Source: Salisapilia sapeloensis CBS 127946 (lineage: Eukaryota; Protista; Oomycota). Taken from it: a stretch of DNA of 43,089 nucleotides. Positions 11,401 to 20,981 of the stretch are shown piece after piece (the first letter of the stretch is position 1; the number at the start of each line of letters is the position of its first letter). The position numbers and the translations under genes were made by a program. The notes beneath the pieces are model-generated. The model saw only the letters and a program-made list of their open reading frames with translations. It did no database searches and had not been told where the DNA came from. The stretch is taken from NCBI GenBank assembly GCA_023334545.1, contig JAADVB010000166.1:1-43089 (forward strand), read 5' to 3'.

Positions 11401-13111
11401 TCAACTGTCGTCTTTCAAATCGTTGTCTTCCATGCTCAAATACGTCTGAGTCAACCTGTGGTCCTCGGAATGTCTGCACGCGTTCGAGCTCTGCCTGTTT
11501 CTCCATACTACGAGACTCAGCACTTCGAATCAAAGCGACAAGGTCAAGCAGCCGATCTTGACACCATTGGACATTGTAACTGGCATCTTGAAGAAGCGCT
11601 TTGAGCTTGGTAATGCGATACTCGAACTTTTGCCTCCGCTCTACCAATTGTTCATTCAATGAAAGCTCATCAAATTGTTTCTTTGTAACTTTCGCAATAG
11701 TATGAATTTGACTTTCCAATCTCTTTTCTGACTGCTCTCGATGTAAAATGGCAGTGACTTTTGCTTCCCATTTCGGATGAACGCGAAGAATCAAATTTGA
11801 TAAAAGAATGATAAAGTGTGGTCGGTCATAACGTTGCATGAATCCAGTGAGAAGATTTGAATCCATGGTGTTTGCTTGTGAATTAACTGCGGCGTCTAAT
11901 TCATCCAACAAGTGACTTTCGTGACGAGGTACAAGCGTCGAGATAGAAGCGATTGAGGAGCTATAGTCGCCAAAGATCTCTGCAGCATTCACAGCTCGGA
12001 CACGAAAGTTCTTGTACTCGGTCCCAGGTTTCAGTTCGCTTAGCTCGAATGACAAGGTGGCTGAACCTGTACGAGTGTGCCGTGTATCGTACATCATTTC
12101 CGGGGCATCTAGCGTACCTTTACCAGAATGAGCTTGAAGAAACGTAATCTCATAGTCCTTTATTTCACTTCCTCCATCATCAAAAGGCGTTTTCCAATGC
12201 AGCGTGATAGAAGTAGCGGTAACTTGGCCTCGCTTAATAAAAAGCGGACGAGTTGGTGGTGCTGCTGGAAGCGTTTGGATACTTTCAATAACGTTACTGA
12301 GAGTGCTCGCACCGTCTGACGCGACTGTCCGAAGCGCAATATGATAGTACGTACACCCTGCTTGCAGTCCAGTCAGCTTGAATCGGTTTCTGGCGACTGG
12401 CTGTTTAAGGCACCAGCGGGCGGTAGACTCGACGGTTAGGCCATCGTCATCAGGCGTAAAAGAGAACTGGAGCTCGTAGTCAATGATCGTTTGGGTCTTT
12501 GTAAAGATAGGCACTTCCCACTTGAACATAATCGAGTTGTGCGTGGTCCCTTTTGATGGGACGTGCAAGTTGCGTGGAGGCTGTGGAAGGAAATTGCGTT
12601 TCGCATGTGTCTCTCCAGCTCGATCCTTCCCACGTTCATCATAGATAGAAGAGTTGTCTTGTTCAAGTTTAGGATATATAGATGGCAAAGTAGATGCATT
12701 GGGTCCATTCATTTGTATCTGCTGTATACGTGCTCTTTCTAATCTCGCAAGCTTGTTCACAGTCCAATTGCGACTGGCAGCGGGCTCTTGTAGAGAAGTG
12801 GACAACGCCATCAGTCGATGCTCCAGGTTGTGAACAGCATATTGGCGTTCCTGAACCGTCCTCGTCGTCGCCGCGAGGTCCGACTGTAGTACACGTAGCT
12901 TGTCTTCGACGCCGAATTGGCGCTCACAAAGGTGCTGCGAGATTTTGCATTCGAGCTCCGAATCGACAAGTCTTAGTTTCACTCGCCCAACTTGCTGCTT
13001 GGCTTGTAGTAGTTGGGGTAAGGAGCCATAGGAATGTAGCTGTTTGGAATGAGCTTTCCTTCGATTTTCCACTCGGCGGCGGAGTTCCTGGGCACTTGAT
13101 GTCGAGTGCAT
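8444..13111 (-). CDS. 1555-aa intronless multidomain protein: coiled coil, 2x FN3, coiled coil, TPR, WD40 propeller, LysM, acidic tail
   Basis: FN3: PQPPRNL...SIMFKWEVP...LTGLQAGCTY and PPTRP...SITLHWKTPFDDGGSEIKDY...LKPGTEY. TPR: LLNAGKAFYSQKQLDQAFIMFNRA and ALYHQGRVYFAQNSYKKSLEKYEKA. WD40: GHAKEITSL...VGVWD, AHEGSVLSI...TGGADHCVKVWS, AHRDAITCI...LCIWN. LysM: HLLGPGETLKSLSMRYRTSTKQLMEWNGINDISKLYLGQKLVV. An upstream exon cannot be excluded. Confidence 0.85.
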   Translation of the reverse strand: MHSTSSAQELRRRVENRRKAHSKQLHSYGSLPQLLQAKQQVGRVKLRLVDSELECKISQHLCERQFGVEDKLRVLQSDLAATTRTVQERQYAVHNLEHRLMALSTSLQEPAASRNWTVNKLARLERARIQQIQMNGPNASTLPSIYPKLEQDNSSIYDERGKDRAGETHAKRNFLPQPPRNLHVPSKGTTHNSIMFKWEVPIFTKTQTIIDYELQFSFTPDDDGLTVESTARWCLKQPVARNRFKLTGLQAGCTYYHIALRTVASDGASTLSNVIESIQTLPAAPPTRPLFIKRGQVTATSITLHWKTPFDDGGSEIKDYEITFLQAHSGKGTLDAPEMMYDTRHTRTGSATLSFELSELKPGTEYKNFRVRAVNAAEIFGDYSSSIASISTLVPRHESHLLDELDAAVNSQANTMDSNLLTGFMQRYDRPHFIILLSNLILRVHPKWEAKVTAILHREQSEKRLESQIHTIAKVTKKQFDELSLNEQLVERRQKFEYRITKLKALLQDASYNVQWCQDRLLDLVALIRSAESRSMEKQAELERVQTFRGPQVDSDVFEHGRQRFERRQLIDALIDEIEIERLYIVDAKAEIVTVQNLLIGDKKRQEKLLVQLQEREEALAKFEKDPHPPPIDTLGIASFIQRIRLASVFRAFQAWVEHRDRRKYIRAKVTPALKRYVNRYLHTGFQRWKAFSKQLDPKGGGIGTHKLAQIVHERTDMIYQVHDVLQEIQTTASNMQALVYTSDGTRKQTTGSSIYEQPFQRLIREADARFEVGDVTNALMKYRYLLSDDTCLAEMDTKVYVQVLLNAGKAFYSQKQLDQAFIMFNRAENASQEADEEDIGWALYHQGRVYFAQNSYKKSLEKYEKAMAQFEACDSVPGQVATHRGMADVYNALEEADMEARSKVFADNLEHAIQLKLADANEHLARLQKQLVGAGAVPALEIRLERVGPAVPKLRQERIKLQFHIREEQMRIESLSKLRKEKELVLKQGEADLKRALASDSAQVDSTIINGSTVRYEVQDFKKKLGKLMGSVKVGGEMIERDIVNARVRIRNHQDSIEEYEMELKVETGTLMKRMRAKESLRCFQFNYINQALRNVVGMASHGSSICAMSAGSTVYLYDLLTGACLSQGLGDHRPQPLGPRVGHAKEITSLCCYGNRIYSGSVEPKVGVWDIMDGVIGGSFLKLVKLLDDFDATVVCIAADDNWFACGCSDQDVFIYDAISCRLLSRLISAHEGSVLSIIVNSIMNSITTGGADHCVKVWSIADAVGKNRRRSGKAIHSLQYRNKADDRLEMAHRDAITCIRQAGSEIVSGDSAGVLCIWNLEMHHKFLRACPSHTCAITCLQFDATCIVSGGVNGSLCVTDFATGQLLQTLSIGDSNVPSVIDVQLDHQRIFTAMSDGCLRLWYWQIQTSLGSDKKKYHLLGPGETLKSLSMRYRTSTKQLMEWNGINDISKLYLGQKLVVAIDSAGSNADELSKLDTKVDELFGKLSLGDFDFVAANKLRTRDADSQRASQLLTTMASAYFPPLDSGDEGDESEEESEEDVEEEEEEEEEAE

Positions 13112-13427
13112 CTATGCTCGGTATGAAACTGACAGCGATCATGAAGGGTTCTCCATCCAACTTCAAGTGATGCTTCCCCACTTTGATAGTCTAGATGCAA
13201 AAGAAATGCAACCGCCATGCACGAAGGAACGATCTATAAAAACTGTGTGTACCATGTAATTTAAAATTCAGGAGCCCACGCGCCGTTTCTCCCGACCTCC
13301 ATCGTCATACAAAGACCAGATATCCTTCTTTATTTTATCCACTTGAACCTGGTGCTTCCCGGTGCAGAGGCCTGACATTCTGCAATTTGCTATCTCCAGC
13401 GCACGTCGAAAAGAATCCTAGACCACC

Positions 13428-14531
13428 ATGCTCACCATGACCTCCACCATGGTCGTACCGGCCACTGCGTTTAAAACATACGTTGTCTTCGCCAAACAGA
13501 AAACGGCGGAAATGAAGTACGAGTCGTTCGCCTCCGTCGCTGCCCGTAAAGACGGACGCTGGCGCTCCGTCAACTTGGCAGACCTCCTCTCGCCTTCGAC
13601 GTCGACTGCCCCGATCAAGCGCCAAGGCAAACTCAGCCAGAAACAACGTCGTCGACAAAAGAAGCAGCAGAACGCAACGGACACCAGTGCCAACGACAGT
13701 CTCGAACCGAGTGCGCTGGAACTTTGCATGGAGTTCCTGACCGTCGCGGAGCTCCAAAGTGCTACCATGGTGTGCACAGCTTTTCGCGATGTCATTTCGC
13801 ACTCCCACCGACTACTGCTCGGCAATTATAGTCACGAGTGGCGTATGGAGCGCCCATTGCCTTCGCCTTACATGGCCTTGAGCTACCGTCAGCAGCTGAA
13901 GCTATGCCTCTCGCGCAAGACGGACACAGAGTATCAACTGTCCACACGCAGTCTGGTGAAGCGAAACGACAATGGTACTGCTCTCGTACGCAACAATTCG
14001 ATGCTGCGTAGTTTCGATCGCGGATGTATCGACTCTGTGCGTGGGGTCACTCCTTTGAAGACGCTGGCCTGCTCCGCAGTGCTCGGCCACAACGTCGTCT
14101 ACTTTGAAGCGGAGATAACTGGAGGTGGAAGCGTTGGCGTCGTTTCTGTTTCGGACGCCGCGTCGAGATCCGCCTACGGCTTCGGTTCCGACAAGCACGT
14201 CGGATGGGATGGTATCTCGTACGGATATCATGGAAATGACGGTGACTTTGTCTACAATGACGGAGCTATCACGTTTGGGGGAAAGTGGGAGCCTCTCGGT
14301 AAACCCTGGGGCTCCAACGGACGTAACGTCATCGGATGTGGCGTGGACTATGAGCGTCATCGTGTCTTCTTCACGTTGAACGGAGAGCTCATGGGTTCAC
14401 CTGCACTGCTTGTCCAGAAGCAAGAGTACGCAGCTGCCGTATCGCTCCATGACTTTGACGACTGCGTCGCGATCAACTATGGTACGGCACCGTATCAATT
14501 CGACATCGAGGGTTTCTGTGCAAGCCTTTGA
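13428..14531 (+). CDS. SPRY (RanBPM-type) domain protein with a preceding F-box-like motif
   Basis: 367-aa ORF. F-box-like ELCMEFLTVAELQSATMVCTAFRDV. SPRY motifs VYFEAEI, SYGYHGNDG, VIGCGVD...VFFTLNG, AAVSLH...INYGTAPYQFDI. Confidence 0.85.
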   Translation: MLTMTSTMVVPATAFKTYVVFAKQKTAEMKYESFASVAARKDGRWRSVNLADLLSPSTSTAPIKRQGKLSQKQRRRQKKQQNATDTSANDSLEPSALELCMEFLTVAELQSATMVCTAFRDVISHSHRLLLGNYSHEWRMERPLPSPYMALSYRQQLKLCLSRKTDTEYQLSTRSLVKRNDNGTALVRNNSMLRSFDRGCIDSVRGVTPLKTLACSAVLGHNVVYFEAEITGGGSVGVVSVSDAASRSAYGFGSDKHVGWDGISYGYHGNDGDFVYNDGAITFGGKWEPLGKPWGSNGRNVIGCGVDYERHRVFFTLNGELMGSPALLVQKQEYAAAVSLHDFDDCVAINYGTAPYQFDIEGFCASL

Positions 14532-14678
14532 TTCGGCCGATGGATGACTTTAATATCATTTGAATGCATCCAACGGACGGATGAAAGGCTTGCACAAGCT
14601 GGACATGACGCGAAACAAAACACGGACGAAAAAACGAAAAAAATGAAATGCATATCTATTCTTTTTATCACCTTGCGT

Positions 14679-17600
14679 TTATACGTCCAGCGTCGTCTCG
14701 GCGCTGCGAATGCTTTCGAGTGCATCGTTCGATGCCACTTCTACTTTATCTTTGACATCAAACTCTTCCATCATATCCTTGCCGTCATCTATCCGCACGT
14801 AAGCGTCGGCTGAAGTGTCTTTCGTCGTATTCGACAACTTCCTCGCGTTCAAGTTAATTTGCTTCGATGCTCTCTTGATTGCATTCTGGATCATACGCAC
14901 CCACTCCGTCTTTGCACTCGCGCTGTCAGCATATACGATAAAAGACTTGACTGGATTTAGAATTTGGAAACCATGCTTATGGAAAGTCGAGTCGGCCACG
15001 TCGCAAATGCGGCATAACTTTAGTCGAAGTGAGTTGTGAGGATTCCAATTACCAGAGAGACTCTTGTCTGCATACAAGAGCTGATCGTTGAAAAGGAAGA
15101 AGCGGTAGGATTGGTATCGAGAGCGACATTTCTTTAATAAATCGCCTTCGTGAATGAACTGGTACGTGTCTTTCAAGTAGACGTGACTGCGATTAATACG
15201 CTTCCGCACAGCTTCGAGCTTTTCAGATTTCTGCTGCAGTCTCACGGTTTCTTTCATATCTTGCACCAGCAAATGCATCTCTTCGACAACACGCCAAAGC
15301 GCATCGCTTTCGGTGGAGATGTCCAGTTTAGTCATCCAAGTGTCAAAATCCGACTTACTCGTCCTTTCCGCTTCTGTAGTGCCGTCTGCAATGAGCATGC
15401 CATCAAGCACCTTTCGGACTTTGTAAAGTAGCGTGACGAAAGCTTGGCGTTCAATTCTCATGCCCAAGAACAGGCAGGCAGAGATACAATGGCGAAGCAA
15501 GTCGAGGCAGCGATTGGTCATCGACAAGTCCCATTGAGCGGCGAAGAGAATCGACGTAGATAATGTCAGCAGGTAGAACCATACTCGCTCAAACAATAGC
15601 TTTACCAAGTCTGCACTAATGCATGCATTCACACCGACAAACTCAAAGCTGTAGTCGGACCCAGAGAGATCCATCATGAGCTCCTCTGTTTGAGCAACTG
15701 CTTTCACGAGACTAGCCTGAAACTTCTTATCTTCCAATTCGGATATTGAAGCATTTGGCTCCACCAGCTTCATCGCACATCGGCTAGCGGTGGTAATCTG
15801 CAATGGTGTCTTCGCGATATCTTCGTACACTTGCTCTAAAAATTGCTTTGGCAAGTCTGAACCATTATCAATGCCGCGATTGTTCTTAATAAATTCGTCT
15901 TTTGTCATCTTGTTCTTCTTCACCTGTGGATTGTGGAGGTCAGTGTTAAGCATAATAACCGAATACGCCATGATCATCGGTGTATCGGATGATGAGAAGG
16001 ATCCTGGACAATCTTCCCAGTAGCACTGAGCAAACGCTTCCACCATTCGCTCAATCTTCTGCGCTTCACCAGGTAAATGGAAACCACCATTCGTGAGGAA
16101 ATGACGAAGTGATTCGACAAGTCCCATGCCTTTAAACGAAATTGCACGCACGTAAGATAGACGAACTTGTACTTTAAAGTCAGCGTCATCTTCACCCAAG
16201 TAATTGCCAATTTCTACTTCATCAAAATAATCATGATAAAGTCGTAAGAACGATGCTATGTCTCGTGGTGCTTCTGGTAGAAATTTGACCGCTACCAAAT
16301 ACTCGATTGACTTTTTTAAACTCTTCGTACTTGCGATATCAACCGCTCGCGTAAGAAGCTGTTGGTTCTGCTTCTGTAGCTCGTTTCGTTTGGTGACTGA
16401 CAGCGACTCAAATGGTCGCTGAAAGCTTGTTTGGACAGAATCTGTCGAATCACTGGGTTGTGGAGTTTCGAGACACTCAGCAGTACCTGTGTCTACTGCT
16501 TGATCGGAATTAAGCGTATTTTCGGCCTCATTGTCATCATCCTGACCCCAGCCACCACGCTCCATCGAGAACTGTCTCGTCCGAGCATCACTGTTCATCA
16601 GATGAGCATGCCCACTGACATCCATAATGCTTCGCGAGATAGCAAGAACTGCTTCCATAGATGCAAAGTAGCATTCGGTTGAATCCATGTCATTGCCATC
16701 TACAGGCATGGGCTGGTTCGAAATACCTTCTGTGATAGTGCACAGCGTCGCACACAAGTGCTCAAAGATCTTCCACTGCTGCACTTGATCCATGTCAAAG
16801 TTCAAAAAGAGCTCGACGATATTGTGCGGCAATTGAAAAAGCTTCTCCACCTCATGCATGATCTCCAATTGATTACCAACAGTACTCGGAGCAGAGCTCC
16901 GAAGGGTTCGCAATATAATATGTTCAAACACAAGTGCCAGCTCCAGTTTAACATGCTTTCGATAATTATTCCAAAGCGTTAGTGCCAGTTGAAGCATCCG
17001 TTTGAAGGTCTCGGGTGAAGTACGTAGTGCTGCATTGACTACTGTCGTGCAGATGAATCGCCTCAACATCTTTTGAAATAGATCCAAATCACAAATGTCT
17101 TTCGTTATAAGATGCAAAAATGTGTTGAGACTATCAAGCGCGTAGGTCGTGCACGCAGTTTGACGTTCAACGATAGCATTGTCATCCGTCACAATTTTCT
17201 TCGGCATGCTCTTGCAAAGCGCAAGAATGACCAAATAAATTTTTCTTTCCGTCAGCGTACAGGACGACTCGTTTAGTATCGCGGTTACGTCCTCGAGAAA
17301 GCTACTTGAGTGGATCGATTTCGCATTTTTAAAACATTTCCAAAGCTGGTCCATCGTTTCGCCAGTGTCTTTAGAGGGCAAATGCTCTTCAGCTGCTGGG
17401 ACGGCTGCCTCGATCAAAGATTTTAAGCGATGGGGTGAGTTCAACTTACTATGCTCCTCTAGCAATTTACTTGCCAGATCGGTGCTCGCCAAGTAGGCAA
17501 TCTCGGTATCGTACTGAGCTACAAATGCGACTGTCGGTAGCACTAGTTGGAGAACAGAACATGACAGGAAGCTGTCTGTTGTCGACAATGCCTAAGAGTA

Positions 17601-19181
17601 CACCAGCTTTAGTCCATTTGCACAAGCACAAAGAATATCATAAGAACCTTTCGAATAAAGACCGCGACACCAATGTATCGTGGCTTCACTGCTTGGTGGC
17701 AGGCAGTCGCAACAGACTTGGTCATGAGCGTAATGGTTGGAAATATGGGGCGTGAAGTGAAATCACTAAAAGTTTCGTCTTCCAGGCATGCTGTAAGCTC
17801 ACAGATTGCTGCATCAGCTACAGTTCCATGACGAAAGTAGCATGCGAGCAAAAGTGGATACAGGTAGCGCTCGATGCTTTCTTTTAATGAGTCAGATGAA
17901 TTAACTACTGTGGTGTAACTTTTAGTTCGCTACAGGACTACTTAGTAATAGAACGTACTCGGCCCATCGTCCACTTCAGTCTCGATAGATAGCGTGTTAT
18001 TCACTTCACTAAATTGATGATGCTCGGGAGCAGCATCACGGCGTTCTGGCGAACTGTCCGACATTGAACTTGCTTCGTCACGTTTCAACGCTGCTTGGAG
18101 CCATCGCTGGTGCAAGGCTTCCAAAGCATCAACCTGCAAGTCATTCATACAATATGTAAGTGATCTAATGGAATGCAGTACTTAACAAATTTTACCTGTG
18201 GCTTGTAGCACAAGACCATTTCCAAGTTGGCAGTGTTCCCCGCGAGATCAGCGAGGTGACCATTGGGTGACCGGTCAACCTTTACATAACTATGCACAGA
18301 GTTTTCCAACGAGATTATTCATACTAGCACTGATGTGTGCTATTATACTGCTATACCCATATGGAAGCGTCTCTCCTTTCTTTGGAAAGATGATGACGAT
18401 ATCCGAGATAGTCACAAATGGTTTACGACTATAACACAAGTAGATCTTCTCCCCTTGCTTTCGCTTCCGTAAGAGCAGCATTGAATACACAGAAACTGAT
18501 CCCAATCGAGTAAAGATGACGTACCACATTCATGTTCACTGGAACGCCATTCTTGTGAAGTGTTTCATACCCAAGCGGAACAAATTCATCTCTTTCAGGA
18601 AAGACCAATATGATGCTGCTAATAGGATCCTTTCCTACATCTGCCTTGCTCTGACAAAGGTACATTGATGTTACAATACCACTCTTTCCGACGTCTGTGC
18701 GGTCCCCAGACGGCGATTTTTCAATCTACTTTCAATCCTTATCACACAAGATCATCACATGCAGATGCAATATATACCTTCGTATAGGTTTCCGCCATAG
18801 CTTCGCTCGATCCAACAACCGTCAGCTCCGTGATTGGAGCTTGCCTACTTTCAGCCTTCTTCCATTGAGGTGTTCCATTGCTATGATAAGCAATTAACGG
18901 AGGATGGTTTAATAGTAGCTACGAGATGAACTATACCTCGTATGGTCTCGACGGAAAGATCTGCTAAACCTCGTGATATCCATAAACCTCCCTCGCTCCG
19001 GCGATCTGCTTCCATCAGCTGCATCTTGTTCATTACTAGAGTTTAGCGACACTCGACGCGGACTTTGGGCGCCCAATGTTGCGCAACATATCTCTCGTAG
19101 CTGTGCAAAGTCACTCGGTTGACTATCCGCCGCTTCAAGCACTCGCTTTACCGCTCCTTCCAGTGTCATCTCCATCTCCAT
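14679..19181 (-). CDS. Large ARF guanine-nucleotide exchange factor with MABP-DCB-HUS-Sec7-PH architecture (multi-exon)
   Basis: ATG 19181. MABP beta-prism repeats: APITELTVV...YTKIEKSPSG...MYLC, DPISSIILVFPERDEFVPLGYE, KIYLCY...TISDIVIIFPKKGETLPYGY. DCB-like RYLYPLLLAC. HUS box ELFLNFDMD. Sec7 with Glu finger FHLPGEAQKIER and AYSVIMLNTDLHN. C-terminal PH: HEGDLLKKCRSR...FFLFNDQLLY...KTEWVRMIQNAI. Final exon 17591-14679. Confidence 0.85.
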
Positions 19182-19330
19182 CCGCTCTGAAGTCCACACT
19201 ACAAGATTGCAACGCACGTCCGTTTCATCGCGCCTAATTTTGTATTTCTGGTAACGAGAAACTAGCTGCAAAAAGTGCTTTATGATTTCGAACGCATTGA
19301 TCCTAACGATAGTCTGGTCAAAAAGGTCGA

Positions 19331-20580
19331 CTAGAAAAAGACCTTCTTTATCTTGCCAGTCTTCTTCTTTGGTAAGCTTTTCACCTGTCGAACTTGCACG
19401 AGCGTTTCTACCTCCTTCTCCTGTTTATTCTTTGGTGCTTCCGTATTCTTGCATCCGACACACCGACATTGACTTGTGCACCCGAGTCCATTCTGGAAAC
19501 ACTCACAATAATTCTTTAGACACCTCGAGTTCTTGCACTTACATCCCCGTCTTTCAATCGCTTCCACTTTCTATATCCACGACGTTAGTCTCAATCTATA
19601 AACAAGAGAAAGATGAAAACTACCTTGGGTAAGAGCTGGATGATGTCGCTATCATTTGGTTGCGTAGGAGCATAAGCAAACTTGGATGGATCATGCGTTA
19701 GATAGTGCTGAATCGCTGCAATTCTTTCCGGTTTCTTCTTTGCTTGATTTAAACAATCTTGACACTTGCAGCTGTCACCACAAAAGCCTTGGTTGCTGAA
19801 ACAAGCACAGTACATTTTCAAGCACCGGCCTTTGCAGTTACACGTCACGGACGACTTGGAACTCACGGCATGTATCTGTGCTGCTCGTTTCCAACAATAT
19901 GGATCCCATGCCGATGCGTCTGGATTGATAGATTTCTTCCCAGCAAGCTTTAGACCGGTACTGGCACTGTTAATCGCGTTGGGTAATGGAACTTTATCTT
20001 CTGTCTCGTCATCCTTTTCACGTGATTCTTGCTCTCGATGTTGCTGCTGCTTTGCCATGACGGTCTGCAGGTCGACAGGAACGGGTGAATTGCCACGATA
20101 CTTAAGCTCAGAGAGAGCTAGAAGCATATCCAGCCATGCCCAATTCATGTCTTTCTCGTCTGTCGTGGCATACGGGTCTATCTCGCTGTATTTTCGCTTT
20201 TCGCCGACTCTAGATGGAGGGGTCTGTAGCTTCATTGGATGCTTGTTGCTCGATTGATGACTCTGCGATGCAGAATTTTGACTACTGCTACTGCTTTCTA
20301 GTGGTACCCGGTTGGAATGTCTGTCGGAGCGTGGTGGTTTAGAAGGCATCGACTTGGAATGTGGAGAAGTGTCTGATGGGCGGTACGCAGTGGGAGATTT
20401 GAAAATGGCGTTTTTAGCTATCTTCTTCGCACTAGCTGATGCACTGCAAGTACTGGCTTCAGGAGTATTTGTGTTGTGATGAAGCTGTCGCAATGGATTC
20501 CTCCTTTCAGGCGTAGCTGCTGTCATCTTGCTGTCATAGGGAATGACACTGCTCGACTCGATGTTGGACGTATAGTTCAT
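19331..20580 (-). CDS. Tesmin/TSO1/LIN54-like CXC (CRC) domain protein
   Basis: Two CXC domains, CNCKGRCLKMYCACFSNQGFCGDSCKCQDCLN and GCKCKNSRCLKNYCECFQNGLGCTSQCRCVGCKN. They are joined by a 53-nt GTAGTT...ACTAAC...TAG intron with a hinge similar to RNPxAF (THDPSKF). The exact 3' end is ambiguous because a further small intron is possible. Confidence 0.9.
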
Positions 20581-20958
20581 GTTATCTAAAGTCTACAACG
20601 CAACTGCTTGGGAAAGAAGAAAATGTGGAGGTTAGATGTTGCGAGCAAGAAGCAATGGAAGATGGGAAGTAGTTCTGGTAGAGCTCTCCTTCGGTCTTTC
20701 CCGCTTATGCGCTTTTTCAAATATTTTTGGCGGGATGCGCGTATCAAGTTTCGGAGGTTAAAAACTGAGGTATCCGGATGGACGTCATTGAAGTTGTAGT
20801 CATAATGGCTACATTTGTGACAACATCCCTTGGATCATACTTTGGAAACTAGCTACTTCCTCCTCGTATGACCATACCTACTTGATTCTAAAAAGGATAT
20901 TTGGAAGGAAGTGGTACCTACGTTCGCACCATGCAGTCTGTCGATCGCTATTGACACT

Positions 20959-20972
20959 TCATTCCTTTTCGA
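20959..20972 (+). promoter_or_regulatory. Oomycete-type initiator-like motif upstream of the trypsin gene
   Basis: TCATTCC-TTTTCG starts 23 nt before the ATG at 20982 and fits the YCAYTYY initiator described for oomycete core promoters. Confidence 0.45.
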
Positions 20973-20981
20973 GCGTCCAAG

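Noticed and set aside
19182-19345. Splice fusion of the CXC gene to the MABP-Sec7 gene (AAG|GTCTTT donor to TTTTTGCAG|CTA acceptor is in frame)
   Set aside because: It needs a 77-nt intron, longer than most seen here. Shorter alternatives (40 or 54 nt) or no splicing end the CXC protein at a stop, and the downstream gene has its own ATG at 19181. RNA-seq would settle it.
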